This document shows positions 57,895-64,000 of a stretch of 64,000 nucleotides of DNA, piece after piece (within the stretch, counting starts at the first letter, position 1; every line of letters begins with the position of its first letter). Source of the stretch: Candidatus Woykebacteria bacterium (GTDB taxonomy: Bacteria; Patescibacteriota; Microgenomatia; Woykebacterales; RBG-16-39-9b); assembly GCA_040876265.1 (NCBI GenBank), contig JBBDPN010000001.1, positions 374,208 to 438,207 on the forward strand, read 5' to 3'. Both the position numbers and the translations under genes were made by a program. Under the pieces are notes generated by a model. That model was not told the origin of the DNA. It saw nothing but the letters and a program-made list of their open reading frames with translations, and did no database searches.

Positions 57895-57990
57895 ATGAAA
57901 ACAATTCGGGTTCTTATTCTTGAAGACGATTTGGAAGGATTTGCAGACAAAGTAGTAGAAGAAGTAAAAAGTATCTCACAAGGTTTGTAA
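57895..57990 (+). pseudogene. Receiver-domain remnant (31 aa)
   Basis: MKTIRVLILEDD matches the start of a REC domain, then ends almost at once. Confidence 0.45.
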
Positions 57991-58011
57991 TAAGCCTAGG
58001 AGCAGTCAAAT

Positions 58012-58707
58012 ATGAAGATGGATATTTATCTTGGCAAGGATAAAGAAGGAAAAGATTTTTATCTTGATTTCGAGAAGGAAAGCATACATCTCACACTTTT
58101 ATTAGGTGAGACAGGCTCGGGCAAAAGCATTTTCCACGGAAACCTTTATAGGCAAATCTCCTCTAACAGTACCCCTGAAGAAGCAGGTCTTGTCTTTTTT
58201 GATATGACTAGAGTTGATTTTAACCATTGGGAGAAATCCTCTTATTTATATCACCCGGTTACAGTTGATACAGACGAGGCTACAGAGCTTCTTGAGAAAT
58301 TAGCCGGGGAAAGCGAGTTGAGAGCAAAGGGTAAGCAAGACAACGGTAGAGCCATTTTTATTCATATCGAGGAGTGCGATATGTTTTATGCCTACCCAGA
58401 GAGGGTAAGCAACGCTTTAGCTAAAATCCTTGAACAAAAAGACAAAACCAATATGTACATTGTTTTCTCTACCAGCAGGATAGACCCTGAATTTTTAACT
58501 AATCTTTTGAAAATTGCAGACCTAAAAGTGGTATTCCACACTGCTACTGCCGAAGATTCCAATCTTCTGTTAGGAAACGAAAGTATGTGGGATCAAGAGT
58601 CAAATTCTGAAAACGCTGGTGAAAGAGTTTTGGTCTTTCGAGATAAGCAAGTTCTCTGTCAACCATTTACAGAGGAAGAGGTAAAAAGGCTAGAGGAAGA
58701 TTTTTAA
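58012..58707 (+). CDS. Stand-alone FtsK/SpoIIIE-like P-loop domain
   Basis: IYLGKD..G, H.TLLLGETGSGKS, FFDM, IHIEECD (Walker B-like), S..LLG...AGE. Confidence 0.75.
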   Translation: MKMDIYLGKDKEGKDFYLDFEKESIHLTLLLGETGSGKSIFHGNLYRQISSNSTPEEAGLVFFDMTRVDFNHWEKSSYLYHPVTVDTDEATELLEKLAGESELRAKGKQDNGRAIFIHIEECDMFYAYPERVSNALAKILEQKDKTNMYIVFSTSRIDPEFLTNLLKIADLKVVFHTATAEDSNLLLGNESMWDQESNSENAGERVLVFRDKQVLCQPFTEEEVKRLEEDF

Positions 58708-58752
58708 TTTTGAAACTCACACCCGCGACTAAATAAACACGCTTGTTTAGTT

Positions 58753-59190
58753 TCATCTTTTATCAATGAAATTAATTTGGATATTAAACTCTTGCTCTAC
58801 CTTGGCTTCTGCTGGTCTCATTACTCCTACCCTGTCCAAAGCTTCTCTGGCGGCTGTTATTCTAGTTCCTTGCTTAAATCCTTTGCTTTCAGCTGTCTCC
58901 ACCAGTAGAGCTGCCATTCTTGGAGCGGCTGATTTTAGTATTACTCTTGCTTCTTCCAAGTTTGCATCCAATATCTCCTGAACTTCTACATTTTTCAACA
59001 AACGAGAAGCAGCCTTTGAAGCAATTATGCGATTTTTTGCCTTATAACCTGCTTTAGTATAGGCTTCAATAGCGTTATAACCATTGTTAAAGTATTCTTG
59101 AAGGAATTTTGCGTGCTTTGGGGAGAGGCGTTTTACCTTCTCTTCTAAAGCTCTAGCATGTCCGCTTTTTACTAATCTAGTTTCACTCAT
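58753..59190 (-). CDS. Phage terminase small subunit-like HTH protein
   Basis: LSPKHAKFLQEY...NAIEAYTKAGY...ASRLLKNVEV, AAREALDRVG. Confidence 0.75.
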   Translation of the reverse strand: MSETRLVKSGHARALEEKVKRLSPKHAKFLQEYFNNGYNAIEAYTKAGYKAKNRIIASKAASRLLKNVEVQEILDANLEEARVILKSAAPRMAALLVETAESKGFKQGTRITAAREALDRVGVMRPAEAKVEQEFNIQINFIDKR

Positions 59191-59270
59191 AAGCTAATTT
59201 TAACAAAATTGAATTTGCGGTTCTACTTAAAGAAGAATTTAATTCGAATTTCGGTATGAGACTTTGTGAT

Positions 59271-60128
59271 CTAACCTTCCAACTCTAGGTTGACCTCAAT
59301 TTCATAATTATCTTGTGTTTGAAAAACTTGTTTAAATATTCTATCTGTTATACCTGCAATCAGGTTTGAATCGAAACCGCACTCAGCTTGCACAGCAGAA
59401 TCATTAATGATGGGACTAATATTGTAGCTCTCAAGAAGATCCCTAATTTGTTTCATTTTTTCCATTTTTTCAGCCGGATCAACATTTTCGAAAAGAAATG
59501 GTACGTCCATGATTAAACTATTTTCGTCTAGAGCAAATTGTACAAAATGATCCATCCCTTTAGGGTAGAAAGAAACAAACGCTCCAAAAGCACCTCTCTT
59601 ACCGCTACCTACTAATTCATCTAATTTTTCCTTTATAAACTTAATTTGTGGGGTTTCTGCAAACTCTCTCTGCGAAGGCTTTTGTTTTTCTTCACCCTTC
59701 TCTACTTCTAAGCCAATTTGCTCTAGTACTTTGTCTTTAACTTTGGTTTTTCCTTCTATAGCTTCGTTTAAAAGTGAAGTTAGTTTCGATTCATCCCATA
59801 TGCTAATGTCATATTTTTTGGCTAGCTGATAGTCCTTATCGGATATTTCACTTCCGATTAATACTAAGACAATCTTATCAAAATTAAGTTCCCTATTTTT
59901 GCTGTCCCATTGGTGAATTAAATTTCGTACTGCTAGTGTACTTCTTTCATATTGCTTACATTCCATAGCCACTTTTTTGCCAGAGTATTCAAAAGTAACA
60001 TCTATCTCATAACCCTCACGAATTTGATTCAGTAGTGGATTTAGTCCCACTAACCTAAGAATCTGTTCTACTGTTCGTTCTAGTAAAGTTCCTGATCTTG
60101 AAGTAGTCATATTATTAAAACGATTCAA
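59271..60128 (-). CDS. Mrr-like PD-(D/E)xK restriction endonuclease with additional C-terminal domain
   Basis: GTLLE, YEIDV, AMECKQY, IWDESKL; start may be ATG 60110. Confidence 0.75.
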   Translation of the reverse strand: MNRFNNMTTSRSGTLLERTVEQILRLVGLNPLLNQIREGYEIDVTFEYSGKKVAMECKQYERSTLAVRNLIHQWDSKNRELNFDKIVLVLIGSEISDKDYQLAKKYDISIWDESKLTSLLNEAIEGKTKVKDKVLEQIGLEVEKGEEKQKPSQREFAETPQIKFIKEKLDELVGSGKRGAFGAFVSFYPKGMDHFVQFALDENSLIMDVPFLFENVDPAEKMEKMKQIRDLLESYNISPIINDSAVQAECGFDSNLIAGITDRIFKQVFQTQDNYEIEVNLELEG

Positions 60129-60300
60129 CTATACCAAAGAAATTCTTTTTTACCAACCAACCCTACTCTAAACTATACAAATTAGAATATACCGTTGTAT
60201 AAAGGTACATCTCATTATTTGAACAATATTTGTATTAGTACGATATGGTGGTTTTCTTGTACCTGTCAAGCAGAAGTGGTAAAATTAACCTACTTAGTTT

Positions 60301-60576
60301 ATGGATGTAAATAATCTTCAGAAAAAAGTAGATGCTTTTGAAAAAAGAGTAGAAAGACTGGAAGGAAAAGTGTTTGCGCCAGCTGCAAGCCAAGATGAAC
60401 TTTTTGCCCAGGCGGAAGAATTAACAAAAACTTATGATCGCATCTCGACAGCGCTTATTCAGCGAAAATTGCGAGTAGGTTACGCTAGGGCTGCTAGGCT
60501 ACTGGATCTACTCGAAGAAGCCGGATTGGTTTCTGTAGGAGACGACTCCAAACCCCGAGAAGTTTTGAAAAAGTAA
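60301..60576 (+). CDS. Stand-alone FtsK gamma (winged-helix) domain with N-terminal coiled coil
   Basis: DELFAQA...[30 protein letters not shown]...KPREVL. Confidence 0.88.
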   Translation: MDVNNLQKKVDAFEKRVERLEGKVFAPAASQDELFAQAEELTKTYDRISTALIQRKLRVGYARAARLLDLLEEAGLVSVGDDSKPREVLKK

Positions 60577-60684
60577 CTTCCTATCCTAGATTTTCAGCTT
60601 CATTTCTGCTAAAATAGCCTCACATAAGTCGGGCAATATTCTCATTTTTAGCTTTCGTTCAGATATTCCCTATTTACCAATAAA

Positions 60685-62466
60685 ATGAAAAGTTTAAGAA
60701 ATGTGGCCATTATTGCTCATGTGGACCACGGAAAAACCACTTTGGTTGATGCTCTTCTTCGCCAGAGTAATACGAAGCTTCACAAGGATTTGGTAGGATC
60801 CTCCCTCATCATGGATTCAAATGAATTAGAAAAAGAGCGGGGTATCACGATATTTTCCAAAAATGCTTCCGTACTTTGGAAAGAAACAAAGATAAATATC
60901 ATCGATACCCCAGGGCATGCTGATTTCGGAGGTGAAGTCGAGAGAGTCCTAAAGATGGCGGATGGTTGCCTGTTACTTGTGGATGCGAAAGAAGGCCCTA
61001 TGCCCCAAACTAGATTTGTCCTCAAAAGGGCTTTGGAGATGGGTCACAAAGTGATTGTGGTGGTAAACAAAATTGACCGGCCTGATGCCCGGATCGACTA
61101 TGTGGTAAACAAAACTTTTGATCTTTTTGTAGAGCTTGGAGCTAGCGACGAAGCTGCATTTTTCCCCACTGTTTACGCTTCTGCGAAAAAAGGTTTGGCC
61201 GGATTGGAAACTAATCTATCCAAAATGGAGGATATCGCCCCTGTCTTTGAAGCTATTTTGGAACATGTTCCGGCTCCGATTGGAGAATCCACCAAGCCTC
61301 TACAAATGCTAGTCACCACTATAGTAGGAGACAATCATATTGGGCGAGTAGCTACCGGCCGGATCTACAACGGCAGTTTAAAGGCCGGGCAAGAAGTTAC
61401 TCATATCAATCGTGTGGGTGAAATGAAAAAGCACCGTCTCACCGCTCTTATCGGTTTTGCCGGCTTGGAGAAAATCGAAATAAAAGAAGCCGGTGCTGGA
61501 GATATCGTTGCGATCGCCGGAATACCGGAAATAAATATTGGTGAAACTATCGCCGATCCAAATGATTCTATCGCCCTACCCCTCCTTGATATAGAGGAGC
61601 CCACTATCAATATGACCTTTTCGGTAAATGCCTCGCCCTTTGCTGGTAGAGAAGGGCAGTTTAAAACTTCCAGGCAGATCCGCGAGAGACTTTTCCGCGA
61701 GCTGGAAACAGATATGGCCCTCAAAGTATCTGATGGCGAAAGCGGAGATTGGATTGTGTCTGGTCGGGGCGAGCTGCATCTAGCTATATTTATAGAAAGA
61801 CTGCGTCGTGAAGGGTACGAATTTCAAGTGTCTAGGCCGGAAGTGATCACCAAAGAAGTGGACGGAGAAATCCGAGCCCCTACGGAAAAAGTATTCATTG
61901 AGGTTCCAGAAATTTACTCTGGTATCGTGATCCAAAAAATGGGTATTCGTGGGTCAAAGATGGTTGGAGTAAATAGCGAAAACGGCATTGTAACCAGCGA
62001 GTTTATCATTCCCACCCGCCGGCTTTTTGGTTACCGAAGCGAGTTTATAACTGATACCAAGGGTACTGGGATCATAAACACTATGTTTCACAGTTTCGAA
62101 AAAGATGATGGACAATCACACGAAAGGACAAGGGGCTCCCTAGTAGCTTATGAAAGTGGAGTGACTACTTTGTATGGGCTTACTCATGCTCAAGGTAGAG
62201 GAACTTTATTTATCGGACCAGGAACCAAGATTTATAAAGGTCAGGTGATTGGCCAAAATTCACGAGGCGAGGATATCAGGGTAAATGTGATTAAAGAAAA
62301 ACAAAAGACAAATATGCGCTCTCGTGGGGAGGGTGTATCAGAGCATTTCAATGCACCAAGTCCCATGGGTCTGGAAGATGCTCTCGAATACATCGACGAT
62401 TCGGAACTGGTTGAAGTGACACCGGAAAATATTCGTACCCGAAAAAAAGAATTAAATTTTAAATAA
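60685..62466 (+). CDS. typA: Translational GTPase TypA/BipA
   Basis: IAHVDHGKTT, ERGITI, DTPGHADFGGEVER, GRGELHL, EVTP. Confidence 0.97.
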   Translation: MKSLRNVAIIAHVDHGKTTLVDALLRQSNTKLHKDLVGSSLIMDSNELEKERGITIFSKNASVLWKETKINIIDTPGHADFGGEVERVLKMADGCLLLVDAKEGPMPQTRFVLKRALEMGHKVIVVVNKIDRPDARIDYVVNKTFDLFVELGASDEAAFFPTVYASAKKGLAGLETNLSKMEDIAPVFEAILEHVPAPIGESTKPLQMLVTTIVGDNHIGRVATGRIYNGSLKAGQEVTHINRVGEMKKHRLTALIGFAGLEKIEIKEAGAGDIVAIAGIPEINIGETIADPNDSIALPLLDIEEPTINMTFSVNASPFAGREGQFKTSRQIRERLFRELETDMALKVSDGESGDWIVSGRGELHLAIFIERLRREGYEFQVSRPEVITKEVDGEIRAPTEKVFIEVPEIYSGIVIQKMGIRGSKMVGVNSENGIVTSEFIIPTRRLFGYRSEFITDTKGTGIINTMFHSFEKDDGQSHERTRGSLVAYESGVTTLYGLTHAQGRGTLFIGPGTKIYKGQVIGQNSRGEDIRVNVIKEKQKTNMRSRGEGVSEHFNAPSPMGLEDALEYIDDSELVEVTPENIRTRKKELNFK

Positions 62467-62618
62467 ATACAGATATACTTCTAGATCGCATAATGAATAA
62501 AAAATTGATCGATAAAAAACTTCTAATCCACTGAATTGCTTCAAAGCGGGAGACAAATAGATTCTTAAATGATAACTTTAGTAATTACCTAGAAAAACAA
62601 ATAAAAAGTAACCATAGG

Positions 62619-62822
62619 TTGAAAATAAAAATTGAAATTAAAACACCAGGCGAGGAGAAATCTCTTCAGGCAGTGGATTTTGTTAGTTGGGCAATTCAGA
62701 GAAGATTGCGAATAGGTTACGCCCGAGCTGCACGACTTTTGGATATGCTAGAAGAAGCTGGATTAGTGGATAGGGCAGATGGTTCCAAATCTCGAGAAGT
62801 CTTGAAAAATAATTCCCTGTAA
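62619..62822 (+). CDS. Second, N-terminally truncated FtsK gamma-domain ORF (possibly a pseudogene)
   Basis: [25 protein letters not shown]...SKSREVL; TTG start. Confidence 0.7.
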   Translation: MKIKIEIKTPGEEKSLQAVDFVSWAIQRRLRIGYARAARLLDMLEEAGLVDRADGSKSREVLKNNSL

Positions 62823-62921
62823 ACTGCAATCTACCAACCACCAACTACTATCTACTTATTCTAACCCTTCTCCTCCCCGTTTTTAGATTGACAAAGAAAT
62901 TTTTTGTACTAAGATTTATAT

Positions 62922-63302
62922 ATGGACGATCATCAGGATCACGAAGACCTCATAAAAAACCTTACCAAAGAATATTCAGCTATTCTGGAAAGCTCCTCTC
63001 AAGGGATCTATATTTATCTTGATGACAACCACAAACTTTGCAACGAAAAATTTGCGCAGATGCTTGGTTACAGCGTCGAAGAATGGTCAAAACCGTCAGA
63101 ATTTATTGAAACGTATGTAGCGAAAGAAAGTGGGGAGAGACTTGTTTCAGCTTTTCAAGATGCCATGGAAAAATCAATGGCCTCAGAAATTGACGTAACC
63201 TGGAAAAAGAAAGATAGTTCTACTGTCGAAACAGATGTTATTTTGGTTCCTATCAGTTTCGAAGGTCACCACTTTGCTCTTCATTTTGTTACTTCAGATT
63301 AA
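62922..63302 (+). CDS. Stand-alone PAS-domain protein
   Basis: ILESSSQGIYI, NEKFAQMLGYS, KKDSS; TTGACA-16-TAAGAT promoter 6 nt upstream. Confidence 0.8.
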   Translation: MDDHQDHEDLIKNLTKEYSAILESSSQGIYIYLDDNHKLCNEKFAQMLGYSVEEWSKPSEFIETYVAKESGERLVSAFQDAMEKSMASEIDVTWKKKDSSTVETDVILVPISFEGHHFALHFVTSD

Positions 63303-63309
63303 TTTCAAA

Positions 63310-63440
63310 TTTTTAATCCTTCCTAATTAGTTTATTCTTTATTTTCTTGTTTTAGGCTAGGGAAAAAGAGTAGCCTATGAAATTCGCGGATTTTCGAGGA
63401 TTTTCTTGGCAACTAGTTTCTGTTTGTGTGTAGCTCCCAT
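63310..63440 (-). pseudogene. Possible decayed small-terminase-like HTH remnant
   Basis: MGATHKQKLVAKKILENPRIS*, then GYSFSLA*NKKI in a shifted frame. Confidence 0.3.
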
Positions 63441-63605
63441 TAGCCTCAATTATGCCATATTTTGAGGGGTTTTTGAAGTAGCTGTTATTAAAAAGGTAAG
63501 AAACGTTGAAGCTAAACCTACAGAATGGTAAAATCAGCTACCAACTTACTCTTTGCTAGGCTGAATTGATATTGAAAAATTTATTATCGCAAAAAGTAAG
63601 TAACT

Positions 63606-64000
63606 ATGGATATAAAATACGGTCGAGGCAAATTTAATGCCCATAAAAATTACATAGACTATATGTCAGAAATAGTTGCACACGACAACTATAAAGGCAT
63701 GCCTAATGCTATTGATGAGAAGACCGGCAGAATAAATTGGCAAGTAAGTTCTGGTAAAACCACATCCTTTTACAAACACTATTTAGCCAGAGCCGATTGG
63801 TGGACAAAAAAAGCAAACGAGCTAGGTCTTAAAGGTTCAGGAAACTCAGATAACAGATTCTCGATTACTGCGAGATTATTGCATCCAACTGGAATGAGAC
63901 CATGCAGACTGTGCGGTAATCTTCTTCATATTGGCTACATGTATTTAAATTATGTTTTAGCAAAAAAATGGAATAATCTGAGTTCACAAAAAGATATATT
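63606..64000 (+). CDS. Type IIS restriction endonuclease, Alw26I/Eco31I/Esp3I family (5' part, runs off the window)
   Basis: Open to the window end; YMSEIVAHDNYKGMP, WW.KKA.ELG, LHPTG.RPC..CG...IGYMY. Confidence 0.75.
   Translation, partial: MDIKYGRGKFNAHKNYIDYMSEIVAHDNYKGMPNAIDEKTGRINWQVSSGKTTSFYKHYLARADWWTKKANELGLKGSGNSDNRFSITARLLHPTGMRPCRLCGNLLHIGYMYLNYVLAKKWNNLSSQKDI

Noticed and set aside
142-61779. Numerous 60-160 aa antisense or overlapping ORFs in the ORF track
   Set aside because: They lie inside well-supported genes on the other strand or frame and show no independent motifs
1-64000. CRISPR array, rRNA, integrase or transposase
   Set aside because: No regularly spaced repeat-spacer units, rRNA-like tract or recombinase/transposase motifs were seen

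Overview
AT-rich bacterial window using standard code 11 (TGA is a stop). The gene content suggests a Patescibacteria/CPR (Microgenomates-like) genome; this is inferred from class I LysRS, an archaeal-type UMP kinase, a mini-TsaB, DUF5667/lamin-tail proteins and many near-leaderless genes. 0-28.6 kb is a surface-glycan region: a Wzx/ligase-type cluster with six GT4-type enzymes, a WbpA/B/E/D/I-like diacetamido-uronic acid pathway interrupted by an RHH-PIN toxin-antitoxin pair, a divergent module of a 'YLDPGTGS' microprotein, a kinase-like/methyltransferase fusion and two LtaS/sulfatase-like membrane proteins, then glmS, yvcK, galE and a GT2. 28.8-56.6 kb is mostly housekeeping (secA, pcm, prfB, ftsEX-M23, tsaE, pyrH, pdaD, uppP, serS, lysS, greA) with two GC-rich inserts: an MFS + GNAT-like pair in front of a 7TM histidine kinase, and a divergent HD gene within an HD-domain cassette bounded by 24-bp inverted repeats between greA and lysS. 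After tRNA-Glu(CTC) lie a tRNA 3' half split by a 40-nt insertion in its T-loop and an island of phage/defence pieces: a stand-alone FtsK-like ATPase, two stand-alone FtsK-gamma domains flanking typA, a small terminase, an Mrr-like nuclease and the start of a type IIS restriction enzyme. All calls come from reading motifs by eye; no searches were run.
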